Shown here piece by piece: positions 48,201 through 59,774 of a stretch of 64,000 nucleotides of DNA. Below the pieces are notes generated by a model that had not been told where the DNA came from, made no database searches, and saw only the letters and a program-made list of their open reading frames with translations. The stretch lies in contig OX442314.1 of the NCBI GenBank assembly GCA_949358305.1, positions 8,122,001-8,186,000 on the forward strand, read 5' to 3'. Numbering within the stretch: the first letter of the stretch is position 1; every line of letters begins with the position of its first letter. Made by a program: the position numbers and the translations under genes. The DNA comes from Strigamia acuminata. Its lineage: Eukaryota.

Positions 48201-51200
48201 ACCGTTCCACTTCCAACTCCGATTCTTCCACCAAAACCCTCTCATTATAAATTGCGCACATGACCAACCAATCCATCCCGATCGCACCAAAACCGTTCAC
48301 GGGGCCAGACGTGAAATCCGTCTCGCATTAAAAACTCCACAAAACTAATTTGCATTTCCATTCCAACATGGCGGACGATTAAAAATGCAAACGTCACCTT
48401 AATGAACCCCTTCGAGTGAAAAACCCGCACGGCGCACCGCGAGGGGGACGTCCAGGGGTGCACGAGGTGCATTTCATGCCCCCGCGCGTCTCAAAAGCGT
48501 TTCCCGACCCCGGGGTCGCCACTGGCAGCTGCGACTACAATGCACCTACAAATACCCCCGACACCCAAACGATTTTTTAGAAAGGGGGTCGCGACTAAAT
48601 TTTCCACTTGCGCACTAATATCCGCATTGAGGGGGTTGGGGTGGGGGCGAGCCCCCCCCCGATCCCCCCTTCATCGTGGAACCATTAAGGAAACATAAAA
48701 GTCACGTGGTTAGTCGTGGTTTGGTGATTTGTTGTGGTTTATGGGTTTTATCGAAGTTGGGGTGTTTTTTGGCGATGTTTTGTGGTGATATGATGTGGGG
48801 TGGATTGTTTTTTGAGGGGGAGGGAGGGGTGGGGGTGGGTGTGGGCGGTTTAATGGGTTTGGAATTGGGAGGGGGTTTATGGGTTTCAAATGAGTGAGTT
48901 TGGTGGTTGTTGCTTTTGGTTTGTTTTTGTTTTTATCGTTTTTTGTTTTTTTAATGTGTGGAGTGAAATTTTTGGAATTATATTTTATTCGAAATCGAAT
49001 TTTTAAAATGTTGGGAAAAATCGATTAAAATCTTCAAAATTTTGGAAAATCGGTTTAAAGTATTAAAATTTTGAAAAAAATCGATTATAATCATGAAAAT
49101 CTTGAAAAAATTGTTAAAACCGATTAAAACTCTCACAATTTTGAAAAAAATCGACTAAAACCATTAAAATCTTGGATAAAATCGATTAAAATCATGAAAA
49201 AAATTAATAAAATCGATTAATATCATGTAAAAAATTAACAAAATCGATTAATATCATGAAAAAAATTAACAAAATCGATTAAAACCATGAAAAATTTGAT
49301 AAAATCGAGTAACATCATGACAAAAATTAGCAAAATCGATTAAAACCACGAAAAAAATTGATAAAATCGATTAAAACCTTTAAAATTTTGAAAAAAACCA
49401 ACTAAATCAATTTTTAAAAATATCCAATTTTCAACAAAACAGCAAAACCAATTAATTTCCCTTACCCCACCAACCACCATCCACAAACCAACCCAACATT
49501 CATTTTAAATCCACAAAAAATCCACCAACCCAAAAAACACATCCCGCTAGTTAATTCACTTACCAAAACCACTTTCCACTCCCAAAAAAAAAAAAATCAA
49601 AATTGCATAGAAACTAACCAAATTATACGATATTTTCTTTCCCACATTCCCCTTGCATAATCCAAACCTCTTTAACCCTTTCTGCACATTCCATCTATTC
49701 CATCCATTTAAAAAAACCAAAAAAAAAAAATTAAAAAAAATGCATCTCTAATCCTTTCTAATCACAGGTGAGACGAAAAAGGAGCAGGCATTTAATGACA
49801 GGTGGGGAACGCGGCGCACGCACGCCCACCCGCGTCCACTACTCATTGGCATGCGTCCCCCGTTCGAGCGCCTCGCGCAATCACCGCCGACCACGCAAGC
49901 GACCAACAAAAACTGCGGAATGCGAACCCTTATTAGTCAAAACGTTGACTTTACATCGTTCCTCGCTTAAAAGCCGAGACCAATTAGAAAAGCGACCAAA
50001 ACAACAACATTCTCGTTTCGCCGCTTTCCTGAGCCACAAATGGGTCGTCATTGGATGAAATGGGTCAAATTTTATTCATTGTACACGGTATTTGTTGTTT
50101 TTTCATGTTGGTAATAGATTTTTATAAAATAATTCGATTTGATTATTTGTGCGGAAAAATCGTTTCGTTTCGGCCGGGGTTGATCGCTCTCCCTCGGCCC
50201 ATGGTTAATGGATTTCCCGTGCTCTCGATTAGGTCGAGTTTGGTTTGGTTTTGGACCAAATTTTGTTTACAAAATCACTTCCTAGGTTTAAAAACAATAA
50301 AACTAATCAAAACTCACTAAAAATGACAAAAATTAAACAAAAACTAAACAAAAACTGATCAAAATCAACAAAAAATTACCAAAAGTGACCAAAATCAGAT
50401 CAAAACACATAAAAATCGACCAAAAACTGATCAAAATCAACAAAGATTAACCAAAAGTGACCAAAATCAACAAAAATTAACCAAAAGTGACCAAAATCAA
50501 CAATATTTAATCCAAAATCAACAATATTTAATGCAAAATCAACAATATTTAATCCAAAATCAACCAAAATCAACAAAATGTAATCCAAAATCAACCAAAA
50601 CCACACCAAACCACCCAAAAATCGCCCAAAACCCCCATTAAACCCCCCAACATAATCAACAAAAACTTCAAAAACAACCCAACCCAAAAACCTCAAATTT
50701 AACCCTCACTTGGTCCACTCCCCGCCCTGCAACCTCACACCCTCGGGGGCTCAATTCCAGGGGCGAACGCCAACTTCTCAATTATTTCCACACTCAACTA
50801 CCCCTCCCTTCACCTTGCCCCCCCTTACAAAGAAAATCAACCCCCTTCTCGCATCAATTGTGCCCACTGACTGCTCCTTTGTTTTCGCCCAGTGCAAAAG
50901 CCCGCACTAAAAAGAACCCATTTTCGCCGACCCCCGTCGCTCCGCACACCAACACTACACTCCAGGGATCACCGACACTACCCGCGTCCCAGGGGCACTT
51001 AACCTTCCCCTCTCCCCCCCATTAAATGCAAATTAAACGACTAAACGTCATTTTATTAGAATTATCCTTAATTTAATTCCAAAGCGAAACTGAAACCAAA
51101 CTGCATTAAAACTCACCTTTGGATGTGGGTGGGTTGAATTAGTGTTCACCACACCCCCACCCTTGGAGTGGTCATGCGTTTGCTACGTCCCGAGGCTACA

Positions 51201-54200
51201 ATTAGTGCCGGGGAGACGCAGGCCAAGGCAGCCATTATTACTGCCATAAATTGCCCGCATTCTTGCTACTGGGTCCACCAAGGGCGAACCCATACCTGGC
51301 CTACCCTTACCCACCCATCTGAGGTTGGATTAAGTGGGAAACTTCTTGCAACAAAGAATTCATCCTAAGAGTTGGATTTGGTTGTTTAGCAACATGTTGA
51401 TCCGTAGGTAACAGTTTTGTCAGTATCGCGTTGAACCTTTCTGCAAGTCCATTGCATTGTGGGTGATATGAATTAGAAGTAGTATGTCGAATGTATTTCT
51501 GCAGCATTTCATCTTGCGCAGTCCGTTGAGGACATCGCAAAACTGTTGCCAGTGTAGCATTGAACCTTTCTATTACCGTCTTCACCCGAAAATAAGACCA
51601 CGTGTAATGAATCGCGTTTCCAATGATTTAAAATAGACGCGTTTGAAAGACGCCGCGATACAGTATTCTCAGGGAGCCTGGTCGTAAGTACCTGCTCAAC
51701 CGTGAATGTGCACCTGGAAATAGGTGGCACACACTCCAGATACTGACAAAACACAAATTTATTTTGCCGGATCCTTCCGAGCCGTAAAAATGGAGGACAG
51801 AAATGCTCGGTAGTCACTGGAATCAGAAACAACACAAAGCCTACACAAAATTCGTATTATCCCGATGCGTCGGCAAAGTTATTGACTCTATTAATTTGTA
51901 TTCATTACGCTGATTAAAAAAACAAAAAAGATGTATAAATTAACGAAAACAACGATACGATAGTATACGTATAGTGTATGTTTTAAATATTTTTATACAA
52001 ATCTGAATATAACACCATGATGTTATTTTCGGATGAAGACGGTAGTCTATATATTCGATGTGCTCTTCGAAAGTGTCAGAGGTTGACACAACATCGTCTA
52101 TGTACGCCCAAACGAAGTCGTATAGCATATCACCAAAAACACTCTCGATCAGTTTTTGAAACGTACTTGGGGCATTCACTAAGCCATTGTAGGCAATATG
52201 GACTAGAAATAACATACGTGTGCTTCGTCAACATTTCGTCTTGTGTGATCCGTTCGAGACACCCAGTCACTATGATCTATCGCATTGAACCTTTCCACCA
52301 ACCCATTGCTTTGTGGATGATACGATTAGATGTAACGTAAACGCCTAAACTTTTGCAATTGTGCCAATCACGCAATAAATTGATTTTGTTCAAATTTAAC
52401 TACGAATTTAACTACGTGCCGTAATTTCGCACCTTTTCTGACCAAATGGCACGTGGTCCCGCGATTAAAAACCAAAAAGTTAAAAATGAAATTTTTCTTT
52501 GGGAAATCGACGTGAGGATGAGCAATGTCGAGTGAGGGCCTCGTTACCATGGCGACGATTGAAATGGGCGTGGCACGAGTTGACACCGGTTCGAGTGAGT
52601 GACCTGAGACCGGATTTGGCGGTTCGACACCTTAACAGGTGGGCTTCTTCATGTTTTACATCATGAGATCACGTTGTTATACATTAAAAAAGAGAAGAAT
52701 AAATTTTTTTTTGTTTTTAATTTAAGTAAAAAAAAAAAACCAAGATGGCGGCCGTGTGGATTTATTATATTTTTTCCCACACGAAAAAAGTAGGCAAATT
52801 GAGCGTTGAAAATTGGACGAGTTTGTGCGAGATGAATGACATGGAAAATATTTATTTTTTCGGATTTCCACATTCCGCTTTTTGATTTAATTAGCTGAAG
52901 ATGAACTTGTTCTCATCGTAAAAATTATAACTGACTTTTCCAATTGCCTCGTAAAGTTCATCCGCCATTTTTTTTGTCTGTCTGGCCACCTACTCGCTGT
53001 ACGGTGAAGTAATAACACTTTTGAGTTTCCCCCTGCACCAGGGGTAGCAAATTGGTGGTCAAATTATAGTTAAGTCATCTGTGGGGTAGGAAAACGACTT
53101 TGCGTTATTTTTTTTAAAAAAGACGTTCAGATAAGTTGCCATTAGCAACAATAAATTTTTTTTTGAAAAATATCGAATTTTATCGATACATTTACTAAAG
53201 AATTCAAAATGTTTATCCAGAATATCAGCAAAAATATTGCAAACATCGGCTAAAGTATTGCAAATATGGAGTAAGAAATTCCAAATATCGTCTAAAATGA
53301 CATAAAATTGGTTAATATATCCTAATATCATCTAAAATGATATAAAATCGACAAATATATGCTTATATCGTCTAAAATAACATAAAAAACGAAAATAAAT
53401 GAAGTTATCATAAAGACAAACTAAAATATAGAAAAATCGGCTTAAATTCCATAAAAATGGACTGAAATATGGTTAAAATCGATTAAAAATATGGTTAAAA
53501 TCGACTAAATTATGGTTAAATCGACTAAAATATGGTTAAATCGACTAAAATATGGTTAAAATCGACTAAAATATGGTTAAATCGACTAAAATATGGTTTA
53601 AATCAACTAAAATATGATTTAAATCAACTAAAATACAATTAATATCGACTAAACCTTCATAAATATGAACTGAAATGTTGTTAAAGCGACTGGAATATGG
53701 AATAATCGACTAAAATATCGTAACACCAACTAAAACATATTGAAAATCGACTAAAATTCCACAGATATATACTAAACTATCGAACAATCGACTAAAAAAT
53801 CGATATCCCAAAACCCAAAACTCCAAACAAACCCACCTTCAATTCTTTTCCCACACATTCCACAACCAAACTCAACAAATATTTAACCGATTCCACTTAC
53901 CCCCTAAACTAAACCAAAACCAAAACCAAAACCAAAACCAACTCCCACCCACCTGTCCACACCAAAAAAAATTAAAAACCAACGATCCAAATTGCCCAAA
54001 AACTTAACGGGCGCCGAGCGAGTGCGCGGCACCGCGGCATCCGTTCGGCCCAACAGCGGTCGACCTCCCGCAGTCCATCATCATAAACCCCCCTGGAACC
54101 GCCAAGCTACTTGTCGTCACAGGTGAGCTGGAAATTTGAGATATTTGGACAAATTCCAAAAGAGGGGACCGCGAATAGAGGGGTCCGAGTTGAAATAGGA

Positions 54201-57200
54201 CACTAGACCAAGGTGAAACAGGTGAGACAGGTGGAACACAAAAGAAGAAGAAAAAGTCACCCACTGCTGTCCCACGACCTTTGCTCGCCGCTCTGAACAA
54301 GTAAATTTATTAACAGGCAAGCTTTTGTTCGCTGCGAGATTTAAGCCGCGTTTTGTTCCATTTTTATCAACAGTGTCGTAAAGTGGGATCAATTCACACT
54401 AAGTCGATTATAAACCACAAATGTGTAAATTGATGGTGCTTTTTATTAGTTTTTGAGGGTTTTTCCCGATCGACGGGGATTTGGTTATTTTCGGGCGGCG
54501 TGAGGTCGACTCGATGCGGGTGGCGGTTTGCGAATCTCCGTCGAAAAAGTTAAAACGATTAAATTGTTTTTTTTTTTTTAAATTTTTAATAAAATTTTTA
54601 TTTTATTAAAAATGTTTGCTTTCGTTTTAAAAAATATAATATTTTAATTTTTAAAGATTTTCATTTTTTTTTTAAAATTTTTCTAAATCGACGGAAATTG
54701 TTTATTTCTCGGGCGGCTTTCGGTCGCCCCGACGCGGCATCGACGTAACCAAAACTCCGTCCAAACCAAAAAATTAAAAAAAACCATTCAAAAATTCAGG
54801 TATTTCCTCCCAAAAAAAAAAAAATTTATTTTCCAACCAAAAAAAAAAAAAAAAATAGAAAAAAACTAGGGATGGGGAGAGAAAGGCACTTTAGACGGTT
54901 CCTGCAGGTGGTGGCGTTGACCTTGAACGGGATCCAAATCCACGCCGTCCGCAATCAAGGTCAGCGCCGGCTCCCGTCGCGCAATCTCCCGCACTAAAAA
55001 ACCATTTAAAACAACACCTCCGTCGCCACCACCGACCCAAACCACACCCGAAACCTTCACACACATTTCCCTCACAAAATGACTCCAATTTAAAAAATAA
55101 AAATAAAAATTTTCAGAAACGCATCAAATAGTAGCCGTAAAGGGTCCCCCCTAATAAGATCAGACAACACCAGACGACCTCGTGGGTGCAGCAGTTCTAT
55201 TCCACCTCGTTAACCCTCGGTGTTGTTAGATTTTTGTTATTGGAGCGGGCCCGCATCACATGCGTCACCTGGCGACACGAGTGGGGGAGAGGAGCCCGCC
55301 GGAAGTTGACTTTGGTTGTGTCGGGTGACGCCCGGCCCGACTTCCGCCCCGTGAGAGCGTGGGAATCGCGCACTTGACTCGGGCTATTAGCATGTCGGCG
55401 ATCGACTCGCGAGGCAACTTCAGCAGCTTTGCAGAGAACGTGAGGGCACGCGAACGTATTAAAGTTGCGCTGCCAACCTCGACCTTATATTACCTGCCAG
55501 ATCCTGACACCCGTTTCGTTTCGAATTTTCGCTAAAATTATTAAATTTTTTTCTTCTTCAAATTTGCATGATAAAAAAATGCAAATGGCAGCCATGTTGT
55601 TTCTTTTTTGTTGCATTTAAAAAAAATTTTTTTTTTCTAAATTTGCATGATAAGAAAATTCAAATAGAAGCCATGTTGTTTTTTTTATGCAATTTTTAAA
55701 ATGATTTTTTCTTTAAATTTGCAAGATAAAAAAATGCAAATAGCAGCCATTTTGGTTTTTTTGTGCATTTTTAATTTTTTTTTTCAAATTTGCATGATAA
55801 AAAAATTAAAATAGAAGCCATGTTGTTGTTTTTATGCAATTTTTAAAATAATTTTTTTTTAAATTTGCAAGACAAAAAAATGCACGTAGCAGCCATGTTG
55901 TTTTTTATGCATTTCTTTTTAATTTTTTTTAAATTTGCATGAAAAATAAATGCAAATAGCAGCCATGTTGTTTTTTTTGCAGTTTTATTTTTTTTCTTGT
56001 TCCTGAATTGTAATGATAAAAAAATATGCAACTTGGCCGCCATTTTTTTGCAATCTTCATTTATTTACTTTTAGTTTTCGTTTTGAATTTGCATAAAAAA
56101 GTAAAATAACCGCCATATTGATTTTTTTACCCAATTATTTTACTTTTAAAAAAACGACGTCAAAAATGCAAAAATTTCCGCCATATTGTTTCATTGCAAC
56201 TTTATTTAATTCATTACAACTTTTTATCCAAAATTTGCACGCAAAAAAATGCAAATTAACCGCCATATTGTTTTTTTCCCCCCAATTTTATTTCATTGAC
56301 TTTAAATTCACTGAATTTACAAATTAAAAAAAATTACAAATTCTCCACCATTTTGTTTTTTATTTTCTGCACTCAACAATTTCATGCGCGTTTAATTGGT
56401 GTATGCAAATTGCATCTCAACGCATTAAATCACAATTTTTCACAACTTTTGTTGTTGTTTTTTGTTGTTGCAGGGGGAGGAGAAGATGTTGGGTCAGTGA
56501 CATTTTGCCAGAATAAGAAAAATGATAATAAAAAAAAAACGGGGAAAAAAAAATTTTGTTTATAGAAATTTAAATGTTGTGAACATGTGCACAAACAAGG
56601 AGTTGCGCAGAATGACACCTGCTGCCGAAAAGGAAATGTATTAATTATTTGAAGGGAAAAATAACCTGTCAGGCCGTCACTGTTATTTATTCATTTTTCA
56701 TTGAAGAAAAAATAGTGACAGGTTGTTTAGAGTTTTTCTTGATTTTTTATAAGATTTGTGATGTTTTTTTGTGGATTTTGGGTCAGAAGTTTTAAATTAT
56801 GATTATTATTGGGTTTAATTATGTTGATGTGATGATGGAAAAGGGCTTAGAACTTTTTTTAGATCGGAGTTTAGTCGTTGATCATGCAAAAAAAGTAGCA
56901 ATCTTAAATGTGTAATTATTGACTTTCGTGTACGGAGATTTGTTGCAGATTTGGGCCTGGTTTAGTTTGGAGTTAAAAAACGCAATTTTTAGACTGAAAA
57001 ATCTCAATTTTTAGTGGAAAACAAATATTTGGAGGAAAACGTAAGTTTTTACAAAAAAGAAACCGTAAATTTTGGGAAAAATAACGTAAATTTTTAGGGA
57101 AGTATTGTTAATTTTTAAGGAAATAACGTAAATTTTTAGAAAAATAGCGTAAATTTTAAAGAAATAGCAAAAAATTGTACAAAACTTCGTAAATTTGTAT

Positions 57201-58071
57201 GAAAAACGTAAACTTTTAGAGAAATAACGTAAACTTTTAGAGAAATAACGTAAACTTTTAGAGAAATAACGTAAACTTTTAGAGAAATAACGTAAACTTT
57301 TAGAGAAATAACGTAAACTTTTAGAGAAATAACGTAAACTTTTAGAGAAATAACGTAAACTTTTAAAGAAATAACGTAAATTTTTAGGAAAATAAATTAC
57401 GTAACTGTAAATTTTTAGGAAAATAAATAACGTGACTAAATATTTAAGAAAATAACGTAAATTCTAAAAAAAATAACGTAATTTTAAAATTTTCAGGAAA
57501 ATAACGTAATTTTTTTGGAAAATAACGTAAATTTTTGGAAAATAACCTAAATTCTTAAGAAAATACCGTAATTTTAAATTTTTAGGAAAATAACGTAAAT
57601 CTTCCAAAAAAAAGTAAATTTCTAAGTAGAGAAATATCGTAAACATTGAGTGTAAAAACCAAAATGCAAACATTAATCTCTTTTTTTCTCTCTTACCGTC
57701 CAGCGAAACGTGAAGGGCACCACAAGCCGCGCCGAATGCCGATCCGGGTCCGCCAACGTGAAGGAATTGCTGCCCAACACCGCGCTCGAAGTATTTCCGA
57801 ACGTACAAGGTCCCTTGGTGCTCACTTCCTCTTGGTACTCCTTGAGACACACGCGGAAAAACGTGCTGCAGTCGCGCGCGCACGTCCCGTCCGCCTCGCT
57901 GCTCCCGCCGCAGCACTTGCCATCGGCCAGTTGACCACGCGAGTTCTGCATGCCCAAAATCTGCACCTCGAACGCACCCGATGCCTGCGCCGCACGTGCG
58001 CACGCCGTCAGCACGCACAGCGCCACCAGCACGGCGGCGGCCGCGCGCGCCATCGTCGCCGGCCCGCGCAT
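21299..58071 (-). CDS. Ser: Serrate/Jagged Notch ligand (signal peptide, MNNL/C2, DSL, 16 EGF repeats, VWC-like Cys-rich region, TM, cytoplasmic tail); 21 coding exons
   Basis: Exons (minus): 58071-57697, 38305-38251, 38189-37935, 37120-37060, 34425-34295, 33969-33850, 33483-33370, 33203-33090, 31814-31480, 29052-28893, 27315-27154, 26865-26752, 25459-25346, 24244-24131, 24044-23928, 23387-23160, 23095-22962, 22896-22636, 22578-22447, 22373-22226, 21795-21299. Motifs: [20 protein letters not shown] (MNNL), [26 protein letters not shown] (DSL), VWC-like region, [14 protein letters not shown]-terminal EMIV. A second possible start ATG lies at 58053. Confidence 0.95.
21805..22135. repeat. 42-bp minisatellite in the last Serrate intron
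   Basis: (attaaataaacgaaaattgtgagaaaaaaagaattgaaaatg)n, ~7-8 units; explains the [14 protein letters not shown] pseudo-ORF. Confidence 0.95.
24420..25090. repeat. 30-bp minisatellite (aaatcatgatttcttgattttcttaaaagt)n
   Basis: Direct reading. Confidence 0.85.
26135..26550. repeat. 20-bp minisatellite (tgtctaaaaatcgaaagatt)n
   Basis: Direct reading, ~20 units. Confidence 0.95.
29130..29770. repeat. Degenerate ~31-bp array followed by perfect 30-bp (ttttaacgtaatttcgacagatttttccga)n
   Basis: Direct reading; ~7 identical 30-mers at 29551-29760. Confidence 0.9.
30600..31130. repeat. 31-bp minisatellite (ttagacactttttagactttctaatgtagtt)n
   Basis: Direct reading. Confidence 0.9.
35590..36010. repeat. 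20/21-bp minisatellite (atcaaaattcaatttctagc)n
   Basis: Direct reading. Confidence 0.9.
37280..37810. repeat. 20-bp minisatellites (attaaatgtcgattttctcg / aaatatcgatgttttcaatt)n
   Basis: Direct reading. Confidence 0.9.
40585..40972. mobile_element. MITE with ttcacacttgtg-type TIRs (copy 1), carrying an internal tRNA-iMet PBS
   Basis: Left aagcttaaagcttcacacttgtgttcacactagacgcaacg; right tctagtatgcacacaagtgtgaacctaagctt; homologous to the element at 59775-60230. Confidence 0.7.
42000..42480. repeat. 14/30-bp minisatellite (attgttggatgagt[attgttggaaaaaggc])n
   Basis: Direct reading; explains the SNNTHPT and PTILIQQ pseudo-ORFs. Confidence 0.9.
44933..44951 (+). mobile_element. LTR-retrotransposon primer-binding site complementary to the 3' end (incl. 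CCA) of initiator tRNA-Met
   Basis: TGGTAGCAGAGGATGGTTT is the reverse complement of ...AAACCATCCTCTGCTACCA; the same 18-mer occurs at 40661-40678. Confidence 0.75.
44979..45303. mobile_element. hAT-type MITE with perfect 8-bp target-site duplication
   Basis: TIR tagggtttcggt ... accgaaacccta flanked by TCTGTGAC at 44971-44978 and 45304-45311. Confidence 0.85.
46980..48170. repeat. 31-bp minisatellite (aatttctgctgtttttcgtgtttttatcgtc)n with higher-order variants
   Basis: Direct reading, ~1.2 kb; produces several long overlapping pseudo-ORFs. Confidence 0.95.
51380..52330 (-). pseudogene. Degenerate Ty3/Gypsy LTR-retrotransposon pol fragments (RT then integrase)
   Basis: ORF 51940-52215: [28 protein letters not shown] (RT core YxDD). 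ORF 51307-51585: [21 protein letters not shown] (integrase core). RT-before-IN order on minus; stops and deletions between. Confidence 0.8.
55560..56360. repeat. ~72-75-bp degenerate tandem array with ATTTGCAT/ATGCAAAT and GCCAT cores
   Basis: ~10 units of aaatttgcatgataaaaaaatgcaaatagcagccatgttg. Confidence 0.85.
57060..57600. repeat. 21-bp minisatellite (aaacttttagagaaataacgt)n
   Basis: Direct reading, just inside Serrate intron 1. Confidence 0.9.
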
Positions 58072-58500
58072 GTTTCTCAAGCCGTCGACGGCGCACCCGA
58101 GGCCGGGCCGAGACACGCTCGCATCCGCAGGTTCCGCACGACCATCGGTTCTCGCTCGAAAGGTTAAATCCAAATCTCGTCGTTGCCGGAGCTGCTTCGG
58201 GTGGATTGTGGATGTTGGTCGGGATGTCGGTGTGGACGAGCGGACGAGAGAGCTGAATTGCGGGTTCACACTGGGCGCGTTCACGCGATGGAATGTGGGA
58301 TGTGTGCGAGTGCGGCGCGCTTGGAGGTGTGCGCATGCGCGGAGGTGGGGAAGGTTGGGAGGTTGTGATTGGTTGGAGATGGGGTTCGGTTTGATTGCGG
58401 ACACAAATGCAGGCCGTCGGTGGAGATCGAGGGCGTTTCTGTGGCTACTGTCGATGGTGGTGTGGGGATCGACTACGGGGAATCGAGTCGATTGAGGAAT
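58072..58500 (-). promoter_or_regulatory. Serrate 5'UTR / proximal promoter, GC- and CpG-rich, with an NRF1/EWG palindrome
   Basis: Immediately upstream of ATG 58071; GCGCATGCGC at 58331-58340. TSS not identifiable. Confidence 0.55.
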
Positions 58501-59774
58501 CGGTGGGGTTAGGAATCAAACGATGTCGATTTAATCGGTTTTTTATCGATTTTTTGGCGGTTTCTTAGAAAATTTTTGAAAAAATCGGAAAAAAACTGGA
58601 AATAAATTGGAAAAAACTGGAAAAAAATCGGCAAAAAAACTGGAAAAAATTGAAAAAATCTGGAAAATATTGGAAAATATTGGAAAAAATTTTGAAAAAT
58701 TGGAAAAATTCAGAAAATATCGGAAAAATTCATAAAAAAACGGAAAAAATCGGAAAAAGTAGAAAAATCTGGAAAGAGAATCGGATAAAATCTGGAAAGA
58801 GAATCGGATAAAATCTGGAAAAAAATTCGAAAAACTAGAAAAAAATAGAAAAAAAATGGAAAGATCTGGATAAAAAATATAAAAAAAAACCCGGATAAAA
58901 CCCGGAAAGATCGAAATAAACTGGAAAAAATCGGGAAAACCTCAGAAAACACTCGAAAAAATCGTAAAAATCACAGAAAAATCAAATTAAACTGGAAAAA
59001 AAACTAGAAAAACTTATAAAAATCTAAAAAAAAACAGCGAAATCAAAATATCAATTTTTCCCCTTAAATCACACAAAACCGATTTACTTTCTACCTAAAC
59101 CAAAAAAAAATAAATAAAATAAAATAAATAAACAGAAAAAAAATCTAACCCAAAAAATCGGCACCTTAAAAAACTCGATTAATTTACGATCCAATTTCCC
59201 CCATCCATAAACTCCAAAATGATTTACCTCTGCAACCGGTTTCACCTATTTATTTCCACTTTATTCTCTGCGAGCGGCACCCACACTATCACCGCAACCG
59301 AGGTGTGGGTGACAGCTGCGTCTCCTCTTTACCCTCATCCCTGCCCCCCCGGAGGATGCTACGCAATCTGCACAATCCCCAAAGTGCCCTCTGTCAATCC
59401 CCGACAACCCCTCATAGTTGCTTTCACTGCTCTTCACCCCAGCACTGCAGCAAAAACCCCCTTGTGGGTGCATGTGCACGTGTATTGCGGTGAAGTATCG
59501 CCTAACTCCTACCCCCAAGTGGCGATTTCCGCAACCAAAACCCAATGAATTAATCATATTCAATGAAAATCAAAGTCGCAAGGATGAAACAAAATGGAAA
59601 AATCGACATCCGCGATTATTTTCCGCGATACGACAACGAGAAAAACTGAGACGTGTCGCTTTTGCACGTTATGCTGGATTGCTCGCTTCAACGTCCCACC
59701 GGAAGCTAATTGGATCTTGCATGCTCGGACACATCCATCATAACTTGCAAAAGCGATACATCGCAGGTTATCTA

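Noticed and set aside
46874..48250. Long overlapping ORFs (188-287 aa)
   Set aside because: Translations of the 31-bp minisatellite, open in several frames, with no domain content.
52565..52635. Two GGTTCGA B-box-like motifs suggesting a tRNA or SINE
   Set aside because: No cloverleaf, A-box spacing or tail could be built.
36300..55365. Scattered single Su(H) sites (36300, 49639, 52774, 53848, 55358)
   Set aside because: The number is near chance expectation for a degenerate 8-mer, and no paired SPS geometry was seen.
57464..58336. 290-aa alternative-frame ORF over Serrate exon 1
   Set aside because: Expected from GC-rich coding sequence; its ATG lies inside the NRF1 palindrome and it runs into intronic repeat.
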